From Polyangiales bacterium (GTDB taxonomy: Bacteria > Myxococcota_A > Polyangia > Polyangiales > Polyangiaceae): a stretch of DNA of 64,000 bases. The stretch spans positions 448,001 through 512,000 of the forward strand of contig JBBRLQ010000002.1 of assembly GCA_038231275.1 (NCBI GenBank), in the 5' to 3' direction. The stretch's first letter is position 1. Every line of letters begins with the position of its first letter. Shown here one piece after another: positions 19,230-28,851 of this stretch. The position numbers and the translations under genes were made by a program. Below the pieces are notes generated by a model. It was not told the DNA's origin. It saw only the letters and a program-made list of their open reading frames with translations, and did not search any database.

Positions 19230-20771
19230 ATGCCCGCTTTGACCCCCGAAGAGCTGGAGCGCACCGTCGCGATCCTCGACGCCCTGGTCAAGGATCGGAC
19301 CATGCTCTCTGCGATGCCCCGCGAGCAGCGTGTCGCTCTCCTGATGGCGGCGGGTCGGCTGTCGCGACCGCACCGACACGAGGTCGTGAAGCTCGCAAAG
19401 GCGTTCCGGAAGACGCAGAAGAGGACGGCGAATGACGAAGATCGCGCCGCGCGCGGGACGACGGAGATCCGCGCGGCGCGGCGGGCCGAGGTCTATGCGG
19501 CGCCGCTCGAGCTGCCGCCTGCCCACGCGCCGGACGAGGTGCGCGAGCTCAATACACCGCGCAATTGTTACGTCTGCAAGGCCGAGTACACGCGGCTGCA
19601 TTTTTTCTACGACGCGATGTGCGGCGAGTGTGCCGAGCTGAATTACCGGAAGCGCTTCCAGACCGCGCCGCTCGAGGGGCGCGTCGCGCTCATCACCGGC
19701 GCGCGCGTGAAGATCGGCTTCCAGGCCGCGCTCATGATGCTCCGCGCCGGCGCCAAGGTCATCGTCACGACGCGCTTCCCGCACGACGCCGCCGAGCGAT
19801 ACGCGCGCGAGGCGGATTTCGATCGCTGGCGAGAGCGGTTGCAAGTCCACGGCCTCGATCTGCGCCACTGCCCGAGCGTCGAGCTCTTCGCCGGCTACTT
19901 GAGCCAGACCGAGACGCGCCTCGATTTCTTGGTGAACAACGCGGCGCAGACCGTGCGCCGGCCGATCGGCTTCTACGCGCACCTCCTCGAGAACGAAGCG
20001 CGCGGGCCCTCCGAGCTGTCATCCGGCGCCGCGCACGTGCTTCGGGCGCATCAGGCATGCAAGGGAGCGCTGTCGATCGCGACCTCGCCGAGCGCGACGC
20101 CGTCGCTCGGTCCCTCGGACGCGACCGGCCTCGTGGGCTGGACCGACGGTGGACCCGGCATCGGCATCCGCGGCTCCGCGCAGCTCTCGCAGCTGCCCTG
20201 CACGTACGAGGACACGCAGACGCCGAGCGAGCTCTTCCCCGCCGGACGGCTCGACGCGGATCTCCAGCAGGTCGATTTGCGCGGCATGAACAGCTGGCGC
20301 ATGACGCTCGCCGACGTGCCGACGCCGGAGATGCTCGAGGTAAACCTCGTCAACGCCGTCGCTCCGTTCATCCTGTGCAGCAAGCTGAAGCCGCTGATGA
20401 TGAAGAGCCCGACCGGCGATCGTCACATCGTCAACGTGACCGCGATGGAAGGGATCTTCTCGCGCCACACCAAGACCGACAAGCACCCGCACACCAACAT
20501 GGCGAAGGCTGCGCTCAACATGATGACGCTGACGTCGGCGCCCGACTACGCGAAGAGCGGCATCTTCATGAACGCCGTCGACACCGGCTGGGTCACCGAC
20601 GAAGACCCCGCGCACATCTCGCTCCGAAAGCAGCGCGAGCACGATTTCCAGCCGCCGCTCGACATCGTCGATGGCGCCGCGCGCGTGTGCGATCCGTTCT
20701 TCCACGGGCTCAACACAGGCGAGCACGTGTTCGGAAAGTTCTTGAAGGACTACCGCGTCGCGGCCTGGTAA
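19230..20771 (+). CDS. Extended SDR oxidoreductase with N-terminal Cys4 zinc-ribbon
   Basis: CYVC...CGEC, TGARVKIG, NNAAQT, HTNMAKAALNM, DTGWVT. Confidence 0.9.
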   Translation: MPALTPEELERTVAILDALVKDRTMLSAMPREQRVALLMAAGRLSRPHRHEVVKLAKAFRKTQKRTANDEDRAARGTTEIRAARRAEVYAAPLELPPAHAPDEVRELNTPRNCYVCKAEYTRLHFFYDAMCGECAELNYRKRFQTAPLEGRVALITGARVKIGFQAALMMLRAGAKVIVTTRFPHDAAERYAREADFDRWRERLQVHGLDLRHCPSVELFAGYLSQTETRLDFLVNNAAQTVRRPIGFYAHLLENEARGPSELSSGAAHVLRAHQACKGALSIATSPSATPSLGPSDATGLVGWTDGGPGIGIRGSAQLSQLPCTYEDTQTPSELFPAGRLDADLQQVDLRGMNSWRMTLADVPTPEMLEVNLVNAVAPFILCSKLKPLMMKSPTGDRHIVNVTAMEGIFSRHTKTDKHPHTNMAKAALNMMTLTSAPDYAKSGIFMNAVDTGWVTDEDPAHISLRKQREHDFQPPLDIVDGAARVCDPFFHGLNTGEHVFGKFLKDYRVAAW

Positions 20772-21313
20772 CTCGGCGCGAGGAGCGCGGCGACGGCGAA
20801 GGAGCGCTGGAGCTCCGCGGGCGCGAACGGCAGCGCGATGTCGGCGACGTCGCCCTTGGTGAGCGTGATCGCGGCGGGAAGCGCGACGGCGACGGTCGAG
20901 TCGGCCTCCGACGCCGATCGAAAGAGGACCGTATCGTACGCGCCAGGTGCGACGTCGATGGGAGACTGGAACAGCGCGGCGACCGCGGCGTCGTCGGCGA
21001 CGTCGACCTCGCACGCGTGCGCGCTCGCGACCGGACACGCGTAGAGCGGCGATTCGCCGGACGCGCCCGACAGGACAATCCCGCGGATCGGCAGCGCGAC
21101 GCTCTTGGGGTCGACGATCGACGACACGTTTGCGGCGGTCGGGAGCGCCTTCGTCATGCGGAACGTCACGCGCGCGGTGGAGCGCTCGTGGCCGGTGATG
21201 ACATCGTCGGTACCGATGGACGTGCCGGGGGTGCAGGCGAGGGCGGCGAGGGCGACGCCGAGGACGGGCCAGACCGGCCAGAGGGAGGTGTTCGAGTGGC
21301 GGGAGGCGGACAT
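20750..21313 (-). CDS. Hypothetical lipoprotein
   Basis: Lipobox LAALAC. GAAAGGAG RBS upstream. Confidence 0.65.
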   Translation of the reverse strand: MSASRHSNTSLWPVWPVLGVALAALACTPGTSIGTDDVITGHERSTARVTFRMTKALPTAANVSSIVDPKSVALPIRGIVLSGASGESPLYACPVASAHACEVDVADDAAVAALFQSPIDVAPGAYDTVLFRSASEADSTVAVALPAAITLTKGDVADIALPFAPAELQRSFAVAALLAPSYQAATR

Positions 21314-21549
21314 GCGCGGCTCCTTTCAGGTGGGGCTGACGCGATGAACGACCGTTCGCGGAGAACCTGAAGGCGCTCCTCGAAACCCTGCCGAACGGCT
21401 CGCGCGCCTTCGCGATCCGGGCCGTCCGGGACACCGCCGCCTCGTGCGGGGCCGCGACGGATCCTGCACGATCCAGCGTAAATTATGAGGGTTTCCTCGC
21501 TTCGCGACGCCGGGAGGGGTTGGCGTGTGCCTTGCTCTTCCCTGGATCG

Positions 21550-22515
21550 ATGAGCTCCCGATCCACGTGGACCCAGAGGCTGCGCCTCGCCGCCATCGCG
21601 GCTCCCGTCCTCGCGGGCGCCCTCGCGATGGGGAGCCGCGGCGCCCACGCCGACGACGCGGCCGACCTGAAGGCCGAGGCGACCGCCCGCTGCGCGATCC
21701 GACTCTCGATCGCCCTCCTCGGCGCAGGCGCCGACCCCGCCGTGCTCTCCTCCGCCGATCCGCAAGCCCATGTCGACGCGATGCTCGGCACGCCGGCGTT
21801 CGCCGATCGCTTCGCGCGTTTCGTGAACTCGGAGTTCAACGGCGGTCCGTCGACGGGGCCGACCGACGATCCGGTTTATTACCTGTCGAAGTACGTCGTC
21901 ACGCAGAATAAACCCTGGTCGGATCTCTTCATCGGCGGCTACGCGGTGACGGCGAACGCGACGGCGATGGACGTGACGGCCGACGCGAACGGCGTCGGGT
22001 ACTTCCGCTCTCCGTCTTGGATGCGCCGCTACGCGGGCAACGAGAACGCCGGCTACATGCTCTCGGCGTCGTTCCGCATTCTCAGCAACACGACCGGCCT
22101 CACGCTCACGCCGAGCGTCGGGCAGCCGGGGGACGATCGCACGGCGACCGGGCGCCTCCAGGAGCCGTGCAAGCAGTGCCACTTCGATTCGTGGTACGCG
22201 CTCGACAAGTTCGCGCGCCTCCTCCCGTTCCGGAAAGGCCAGGGCACTGCGATGACCTTCACGCCGCCGACCGCCGGCCCGCAGCCGCTCCTCGGCAAGA
22301 CGATCAACGACGACAAGGAGCTCGTGGAGACGCTCGTCGCGAGCGACGGGTGGCGCTTCAACCAGTGCCGGCTCGTCTTCAAGTTCCTCTACGGCCGCCC
22401 CGAGAACCAATGCGAGGCGCCGACGTTCGACTCGTGCGCCGACGCGCTCTCGAACGGCGGGACGATCCAGGCCGCGATCGCCGCGGTCGCCAAGGCTCCG
22501 GGGTTCTGCGAATGA
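21550..22515 (+). CDS. Secreted protein with a single CxxCH motif (DUF1549/DUF1585-like cytochrome-associated family)
   Basis: Sec signal ending AHA. CKQCH at 22168-22182. C-terminal C..LVFKFLYGRPE resembles DUF1585. Confidence 0.75.
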   Translation: MSSRSTWTQRLRLAAIAAPVLAGALAMGSRGAHADDAADLKAEATARCAIRLSIALLGAGADPAVLSSADPQAHVDAMLGTPAFADRFARFVNSEFNGGPSTGPTDDPVYYLSKYVVTQNKPWSDLFIGGYAVTANATAMDVTADANGVGYFRSPSWMRRYAGNENAGYMLSASFRILSNTTGLTLTPSVGQPGDDRTATGRLQEPCKQCHFDSWYALDKFARLLPFRKGQGTAMTFTPPTAGPQPLLGKTINDDKELVETLVASDGWRFNQCRLVFKFLYGRPENQCEAPTFDSCADALSNGGTIQAAIAAVAKAPGFCE

Positions 22516-23207
22516 GCCACAGCACCGGATACGCGATCGGCCTGTTTTTGGCCGCGGCCGTGGCGGCGTGCGCGCCGGACGGCGACCAGCTCCTCGGCGG
22601 CGGCGGCAACGGCGGCCCGAACGGCAGCGGCGATCCGAACGCGCAGGGCGCACCGGGCACGTCTGGAGGACCGGGTGACGCCACTCCGCCGACGCTCGAG
22701 TGCACGGCGAAGCCGCAAGGGCGCGCGTACATCGGCTTCGACGGCGCCGACATGAGCGCGGCGCGCGACAACGAGAACGTCGGCATCAACCGCGCCCGCC
22801 TCAAGCCGTACGCGGCGATGCAGTCGGAGTACCAGCGCGTCCTCGGCCTCGTCCCGCCGAGCCTCGCCGGATCCGCCGAGTCGTTCGACAGCCCGCCGCC
22901 GCGCTGGTTCATCGAAGCGCGCCAGACCGGCGTGTCGCTCTCGGCGATCTTCGACATCTCGTTCGAGGGGTGCATCGCCTTCACCAAGGACGCCGCCGAC
23001 TATGCCGCGATGCCTGACGCGACGTCGGCCGCGACCATGTGCACGTCGCTCATGAAGAAGGCGTGGAACCGCACCCCGTCGCCCGACGAGTCCGCCGCGT
23101 GCGTGACGCTCGCCACCTCCCAGCTCGCGTCGGAGGCGAACCCGCGCCGGCGCTGGGCGTACGTCTGCGCGTCGGTCCTGTCGTCGAGCAACTTCCTGAC
23201 GTTCTGA
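22512..23207 (+). CDS. Lipoprotein with DUF1595-like C-terminal helical domain
   Basis: Lipobox VAAC, Gly-rich linker, KKAWNRTPSPDE...RRWAYVCASVLSSSNFL. ATGA overlap with the upstream gene. Confidence 0.75.
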   Translation: MSHSTGYAIGLFLAAAVAACAPDGDQLLGGGGNGGPNGSGDPNAQGAPGTSGGPGDATPPTLECTAKPQGRAYIGFDGADMSAARDNENVGINRARLKPYAAMQSEYQRVLGLVPPSLAGSAESFDSPPPRWFIEARQTGVSLSAIFDISFEGCIAFTKDAADYAAMPDATSAATMCTSLMKKAWNRTPSPDESAACVTLATSQLASEANPRRRWAYVCASVLSSSNFLTF

Positions 23208-23217
23208 GGAACCCACC

Positions 23218-24525
23218 ATGAGCCGCTCCCGCGACCAACGACGTGTCCGACTCGCCTCCGAAGACGGCCTCCGGCTATCGCGGCGCGGCATCCTGAAGGG
23301 TGCGCTCGCGGCGGCGGGTGCAGCGGCGGGCGTGCGCCTCGCCGGGCGCGGCTTCGAAGGAGAGGCGCAGGCGGCGACCGAGACGTCGCACTTCGTGCAC
23401 ATCTTCATGAACGGGGGGCTCAACGCGCTCTTCGCCGGCTGCGCGAACCAGTTCTTGACGAACGGAACCTTCGGCGTGACGAGCTCCAACGTGAAGAACG
23501 TCGGCGGCGGGGTGTACACCGACCTCGGAACCTTCGGAACGTTCTCGCCGTTCGCCCTGTCGCACTGGGGCGCCGTCGGCATTCGGCACTTGAACGCGCT
23601 TCACACGACGCCGCAGAACCTGAACTCGGGCGGCGAGCACGCCATCCTGAAGGACGGGTCGAACTGCTACTTGAACGAGCTCGCGCACGCGATGGGCGGC
23701 GACTCGGCGTTCAAGGCGGTCTACTTCGGCGATCGCCCGCCGGCGTACCAGGATCAGCCGACCTACCAAGGCGTGCCCCTCCAGCGCGTGAGCGATCTGG
23801 GCGACGCCATCAAAGCGCTCGGCGCAGCTACGCCCGATCCGAACGCGCCCGATCGTACGCTCGCGGCGAGCGCGCTCGCGGCGGCGCAGGCCGCGTCCAA
23901 GCGGCAAATCGCGGCAAATCCGGGCCAGCTCACGCCGCTCACCGACGCGTACGACACCGCGGAGGCGGGCCTTCGCAAGCCGCCGCCCAAGCCGGTGACG
24001 TTCTCGGACATCTCCACGGCGTACGGCCTGGGCGGCAAGACCGCGGTCACTTCTTACGCGGCGATGCTCGCAGGCGCGGAGGTCATGATTCGCGCGGCGG
24101 GCACCAACGTCGTCAACATCACCGACTTCGGCCTCGCGTCGTGGGACTTCCACCAGACGAGCGGCGGCGCATCGCTCAACGGCACCTACTCGCGCGAGAA
24201 GATGCTCGGCACGAGCGGCTTCGGCGCCAACCGGATCGCGCCGATCAAGACGTTCATCGATCGCATGCTCGATTTGCCGGACCGCAACGTCGTCGTCTGC
24301 ATCTCCGGCGAGCTCGTCCGCCTCCCGAGCGGCGATCACGGCGACGGGACGGTCGCGGCGATGTTCGGCAAGTACGTCAAGCAGGGCGTGAGCTTCGGTG
24401 TCGACTCGAACGCGCGCTTCAACTCCTCCACGCCAGGCGTCAAGCCGTTCTGGGCGGCGGCGGCGGCGGCGCTCAAGGTGCCCGGTCAGCCGTTCGGCGC
24501 CAACCCGCACCCGCTCTTCACGTAG
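23218..24525 (+). CDS. Tat-exported DUF1501/DUF1552-like protein
   Basis: LSRRGILKG Tat motif, FVHIFMNGG, WDFH, SGELVR..GDHG. GAGGA RBS. Confidence 0.75.
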   Translation: MSRSRDQRRVRLASEDGLRLSRRGILKGALAAAGAAAGVRLAGRGFEGEAQAATETSHFVHIFMNGGLNALFAGCANQFLTNGTFGVTSSNVKNVGGGVYTDLGTFGTFSPFALSHWGAVGIRHLNALHTTPQNLNSGGEHAILKDGSNCYLNELAHAMGGDSAFKAVYFGDRPPAYQDQPTYQGVPLQRVSDLGDAIKALGAATPDPNAPDRTLAASALAAAQAASKRQIAANPGQLTPLTDAYDTAEAGLRKPPPKPVTFSDISTAYGLGGKTAVTSYAAMLAGAEVMIRAAGTNVVNITDFGLASWDFHQTSGGASLNGTYSREKMLGTSGFGANRIAPIKTFIDRMLDLPDRNVVVCISGELVRLPSGDHGDGTVAAMFGKYVKQGVSFGVDSNARFNSSTPGVKPFWAAAAAALKVPGQPFGANPHPLFT

Positions 24526-24574
24526 TCGCGCTCCTCCTCGGACATCTCGGCGCCGATGACCGCGCGCCTCGCGG

Positions 24575-25678
24575 CTACTTCTTCAAGAGCTCGGCGAGGA
24601 CCTTCTTCACGTCGTCCTCGCGCACCGCGCCGCGGAGCTGGCCCGCCGTCGGCGTAGGCGGACACGCGACGCGATCCGCCCGGAGCTTGCGCGTGCCGAC
24701 CTGCTTGCCGGTGCGGCGCTCGTACACGACGACGTCGAGGTCGGTGTAGATGATCCCAGCGGCGTCGGTCTTCCCGCAGCCGAAGAAGCGCTCGACCGGC
24801 TTGGCGACCGCGACGAGATCGACGTCGGCGAAGCTCCCGGCTTTTCCGACGACAACGATCTTGCTGCTCACCGCGCCGACCGCGACGAGCATGCGCGGCT
24901 CGCTCGGCGCCGGAGCGTCGCCCGCGAACGCGACCGGACCATGCTCCACCTTCGCGAGCTCGGTCGAGGCGAGATCGGCGAGGAGCGGCCCCGCGAGATC
25001 GAGCGTGTCGTCCGCCTTCGCGCCGCCCGCCTCCATTTGAACGGCGAGCGAGACGCGCTCGGTCTGCCCCACCGTCATCTTCGGGAGCTTGGCGAGCAAA
25101 TCGACCTCGAGCTTGCCGCGTTTTCCGGGCGAGACTGCGGTCTTCTGACCGTCGACGCTGACCTGCGCGTCGAGCGCGCTCTCGATCTCGATCGGCACCT
25201 TACCTGCCTTCGTCCCCTTGAACGCCGGCGCGCCGCACATCGTGCCGCTGCACGACAACGTCGCCTCGCTGTCCCCGCCGGCCGAGAAGACCCGCAGGAG
25301 CCCCTTGGGCGTCGCGTCCCAGTCGGCCGACGCGCTCGACGTCTGCTTGCCGAGCAGGCCACCCTTCGTCGCGTCCACCTTGAACGAGTTCTTCCCGAGC
25401 TTGAGGCCGCTCTTGGGCACGACGAACGACTCGGTCGCGTGGTCACCGGTGCTCTTCGTCTGACCGGCGCAGGCGAGGTCGACGCCCGGGATGGTCTTGA
25501 CGAGGATCTCGATCTGGTCGCCTTTTCCTCCTGCGCCGCCCGCGCCGTCCTTCACCTCGAGGGAGAGCGGGATCGTGCCCTGGCTGTCGCAGCCGGCGAC
25601 GGCGGACGCCGCGAAAGCGCCGACGAGCAAATGCAGCCCAAGCGTGGACGCGGAGAAAAACCGGCAGAGAGTGCGCAC
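24575..25678 (-). CDS. Hypothetical lipoprotein
   Basis: Lipobox AVAGC. Typical coding composition. GTG start approximate. Confidence 0.7.
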   Translation of the reverse strand: MRTLCRFFSASTLGLHLLVGAFAASAVAGCDSQGTIPLSLEVKDGAGGAGGKGDQIEILVKTIPGVDLACAGQTKSTGDHATESFVVPKSGLKLGKNSFKVDATKGGLLGKQTSSASADWDATPKGLLRVFSAGGDSEATLSCSGTMCGAPAFKGTKAGKVPIEIESALDAQVSVDGQKTAVSPGKRGKLEVDLLAKLPKMTVGQTERVSLAVQMEAGGAKADDTLDLAGPLLADLASTELAKVEHGPVAFAGDAPAPSEPRMLVAVGAVSSKIVVVGKAGSFADVDLVAVAKPVERFFGCGKTDAAGIIYTDLDVVVYERRTGKQVGTRKLRADRVACPPTPTAGQLRGAVREDDVKKVLAELLKK

Positions 25679-25766
25679 GGGCGCATGATACACGGCTGGC
25701 GATCGTGAGAGCCGTGCGTTACGAATTCGGACGACCTCGAACACTGCCCACGAGACAGGAGCCCGA

Positions 25767-26273
25767 ATGACCCTCTACGCCGCGATCCCGCAGATGAAGA
25801 AGATGCTCTCGAACCTCGACAAGTGGATCGACAAGGGGGCCGAGCACGCGAAGATCAAGGCGTTCGATCCCAACGTCCTCGTCACCACCCGCCTCGCGCC
25901 GGACATGTATCCGCTCGTCCGCCAGGTCCAGTCGGCGTGTGACGCGGCGAAGTTCGCCGCCGCGCGCCTCTCGGGGAAAGACGCGCCGAAGCACGAGGAC
26001 AAGGAGCAGACGGTCGAAGAGCTCCACGCGCGCATCCGCGCGGTCATGACCTACCTCGACGGGTTCTCCGCCGCGGACTTCAAGGGCGCCGAGACGCGCC
26101 GCATCGAGCTGCCGTTCCTCGAGGGCGTGCCGCTCACCGGCGCGCAGTACCTCTTCGAGATGGCGCAGCCCAACTTCTATTTTCACGTGACGACCGCGTA
26201 CGCGATCCTCCGCCACAACGGCGTCGATCTCGGCAAGCGCGACTACATCGGCGGCCTCGGCCCCAAGGTCTGA
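25767..26273 (+). CDS. DUF1993 family protein (DinB-like fold)
   Basis: RLAPDMYPL, PNFYFHVTTAYAILRHNGVDLGKRDY. Confidence 0.92.
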   Translation: MTLYAAIPQMKKMLSNLDKWIDKGAEHAKIKAFDPNVLVTTRLAPDMYPLVRQVQSACDAAKFAAARLSGKDAPKHEDKEQTVEELHARIRAVMTYLDGFSAADFKGAETRRIELPFLEGVPLTGAQYLFEMAQPNFYFHVTTAYAILRHNGVDLGKRDYIGGLGPKV

Positions 26274-26292
26274 TCCAGTCCGTTCGCGCGAA

Positions 26293-27378
26293 TCACGCGC
26301 GTGGATCGAGCTGAGCCAGCAGGCGCTCCACACGGAGCATGCCCGTCAGATCGCCTATTTTGTGCGCGTGATCCATCGCCGAGAAGAGGTGCGTCTGCTC
26401 CCACGGCAGGCGCGACGGATCGGCTTCGAGCAGCGCGACGTAGTGCTCGAAGGCGCGGGCAGGATCGAAGGTCGTGCGCTTCAGCACCGCGTGTCGGACG
26501 ACGGCGTGGACGGCGTAGCGTCCGCGCATCGGCTCCTGCACGAGGTGCCAGCGCACGAGCGCCTGGAGCGCGCCGCCGGCACCCGTGCGTACGTCGGCGA
26601 GCGTCGCGAGCGACGCGAGATCGGCGTGATCCCCCTCGAGGTGCGAGAGGACGGCGAGGATGCGGCGGCTCGCCGGTGGCAAACGCGGCCACGCCCACGC
26701 CACGAGCAGCGCGACCTCCGGCAGATCGTCCTCGTGCGCGATCGCCGTCACGCGCGTCACGCCTCCCTTGTCCAGGAACGCTCCGAGCGCGGCGACGCCG
26801 ACCGCGCGTGAGCCCACGATGGCGTCGGCGACGTCGAGCGCCAGAGGGTTCCATCGGAGCATGCGCGTGAGCGCGGCGACCCGGGGAAACGCTGCGCGTC
26901 CGGCGGTCACGCGCGGCGCGGTCACGGGAAAAATCAGCACGCCAGAGAGCAGGCACCGTCGCGCCGTGACCACGAAGCTCGCCTTCGTCTTCGACAGCTC
27001 TTCGAGCAGGCGCGCCATCGCGCGATCGTCCTCGTGGTTGTCGAGCACGACGAGCCGCTCTTCTTTCTTCAGGAAGGACACGAGTCGCGGCAGGAGCTCG
27101 CCGCGCGTTCGCGGGGTCCCGAAGCGGAGCGCGAGCATCTCGGCGAGCGTCCGAAAATCCCACGCGCCGACGCGGAACCAGTGGATGCGCCCGCCGAACG
27201 ACGGAGCGACGCGATGGCCGAGCGCCGCCGCGAGCATGGACTTTCCGCTGCCACCCGAGCCGACCAGGGCGAGTCGTGCCGGCCGCGTCTCGTCGATCGT
27301 CCGCGCGAGCGTCGCCAGCTCACCGGCGCGCCCCTTCAGCCCGCGAGGAGGCGGCGGGAAGAAATCGTGGGTCGGCAT
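26293..27378 (-). CDS. NB-ARC/STAND-type P-loop ATPase without obvious effector domain
   Basis: GRAGEL, GSGGSGKS, LVVLDN, VVTAR, NPLAL (GxP-like), RYAVHAVVR (MHD-like). Confidence 0.78.
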   Translation of the reverse strand: MPTHDFFPPPPRGLKGRAGELATLARTIDETRPARLALVGSGGSGKSMLAAALGHRVAPSFGGRIHWFRVGAWDFRTLAEMLALRFGTPRTRGELLPRLVSFLKKEERLVVLDNHEDDRAMARLLEELSKTKASFVVTARRCLLSGVLIFPVTAPRVTAGRAAFPRVAALTRMLRWNPLALDVADAIVGSRAVGVAALGAFLDKGGVTRVTAIAHEDDLPEVALLVAWAWPRLPPASRRILAVLSHLEGDHADLASLATLADVRTGAGGALQALVRWHLVQEPMRGRYAVHAVVRHAVLKRTTFDPARAFEHYVALLEADPSRLPWEQTHLFSAMDHAHKIGDLTGMLRVERLLAQLDPRA

Positions 27379-27403
27379 GGGGCGTTAGTCTATCGTCTCC
27401 CGC

Positions 27404-28459
27404 GTGAACCGACGCAAGCTCGCCTACGCCGCGCGGCGGCTGCTCGCCACGACCGTGCTCTCGCTGCCCGCTCCGATCGTCAGGCGCCTCGCCGGGCCGC
27501 CGATCGTGAAGGACGGGCACACGCTCGACGCGCAAGTTCAGCTGATGCTCGTCCTCGCCCGGATGTCGCAGGTGAAGAGCTCACACCAGATGTCCGTCCG
27601 CGGCGCGCGACGCGAGCTCGAGACGAGCGCGCGCATCCTCGCCCCCGAGCCGCCGCCGCCCGCCGACGTGCGCGAAGTGACGCTCGACGGGCCGGCCGGA
27701 ACTGTCCGCGCGCGCGTGTACCGTCCGCTCGGCGTGGCGGCGCCGGCGCCGTGCCTCGTCTTCTTTCACGGTGGAGGCTGGACGCTCGGTTCGCTCGACT
27801 CCCACGATGCGCCGTGCCGTGCCTTCGCAGCAGGCGCGGGCTGCGTGGTCGTGTCCGTCGACTACCGCCTCGCGCCGGAGCACCCGTTCCCCGCGGCCGT
27901 CGACGACGCGACCGCGGCATTTCGTGCGGTCGTCGCGGCGCCCCAGCGGTTCGGGATCGATCCCGCGCGCGTGGCGGTCGGCGGAGACAGCGCGGGCGGC
28001 AACCTCGCGGCCGTCGTGTGCCTGGACACGCGGGGAGACGCGATCCGCCCATGCTTCCAGCTTCTCATCTACCCGGGCGTCGACATGAGCATGTCGTTCC
28101 CGTCGATCGAGTCGCTCGGCCGCGGCTTCTTCCTCGAGCGTTCGACGATGGACTGGTTTCTCGATCACTACGTGCCGTCGCGCGAAGACCGAAAGGGCCC
28201 CCGCGCCTCGCCGCTCTTCGCGACGTCGCACGAGGGGCTGCCTCCGGCCTTCGTCGTCACCGCCGGCTTCGACCCCCTGCGCGACGAGGGGCGTGCCTAC
28301 GCGAAGGCCCTCACCGACGCCGGCGTCCGTTGCGACGAGCGCTGCTACGGCGGGCTCTTTCATGGGTTTTTGCACACGTGGGGCGTGCTCCGCGCCGCGC
28401 GCTCGCCGCTCGAGGACATGGTCACGGCGCTCCGCGGCGGCTTCGTCACCACGCGCTGA
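27404..28459 (+). CDS. Alpha/beta hydrolase, HSL-family esterase/lipase
   Basis: HGGGW, YRLAPEH, GDSAGG, DPLRDEG, HGF. Confidence 0.95.
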   Translation: MNRRKLAYAARRLLATTVLSLPAPIVRRLAGPPIVKDGHTLDAQVQLMLVLARMSQVKSSHQMSVRGARRELETSARILAPEPPPPADVREVTLDGPAGTVRARVYRPLGVAAPAPCLVFFHGGGWTLGSLDSHDAPCRAFAAGAGCVVVSVDYRLAPEHPFPAAVDDATAAFRAVVAAPQRFGIDPARVAVGGDSAGGNLAAVVCLDTRGDAIRPCFQLLIYPGVDMSMSFPSIESLGRGFFLERSTMDWFLDHYVPSREDRKGPRASPLFATSHEGLPPAFVVTAGFDPLRDEGRAYAKALTDAGVRCDERCYGGLFHGFLHTWGVLRAARSPLEDMVTALRGGFVTTR

Positions 28460-28851
28460 GGTGCGCCGCAGGCAGGCGCGCGGAGGCGGCGCCGACACCG
28501 CGTTGTCCTTCCGAAGAGCGTGCACTCTACATGTGGCGGGCGTCGTCACACACTGCGCGCGTGCGTGGTTTTCACCCACACAGTCTCCGCGGATTTTGCA
28601 GCAGAAGTCCTCGTTTTCTGGATGCGCTGGAAGAGTGCTTGAAGGTCTACGTGATCCGCGCACCGACGCTCACCGACGTATGCACACCAAAGTGAGTGTG
28701 CGAGGCGAAATCCGGATTGCGCAAACGTATGCGGGATGGGAGACAGGTCGCGGCTCGAAGCTGAGCGACCCACAGTCTGCGAAGGCGTCCCCGGTTCTTG
28801 TCGGACTACGCCGGAGCTTTCGCGACTGCTCGAACAACCGCTGGAGGATTC

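Noticed and set aside
8678..27378. PLD + SNF2 + STAND ATPase as an anti-phage defence island
   Set aside because: The genes are dispersed among housekeeping genes, the PLD is an exported lipoprotein, the SWIM-SNF2 is a common chromosomal type, and I see no compositional shift or integrase.
6963..27378. ATPase-less TPR-wHTH protein and stand-alone STAND ATPase as two halves of one split gene
   Set aside because: They are about 18 kb apart, on opposite strands, and both carry a helical-domain segment. Nothing in the sequence links them.
28700..28820. Assignment of the leader as a c-di-AMP (ydaO) or c-di-GMP riboswitch
   Set aside because: Only vague resemblance. The conserved cores of those families were not found, so it is kept as an unassigned structured leader.
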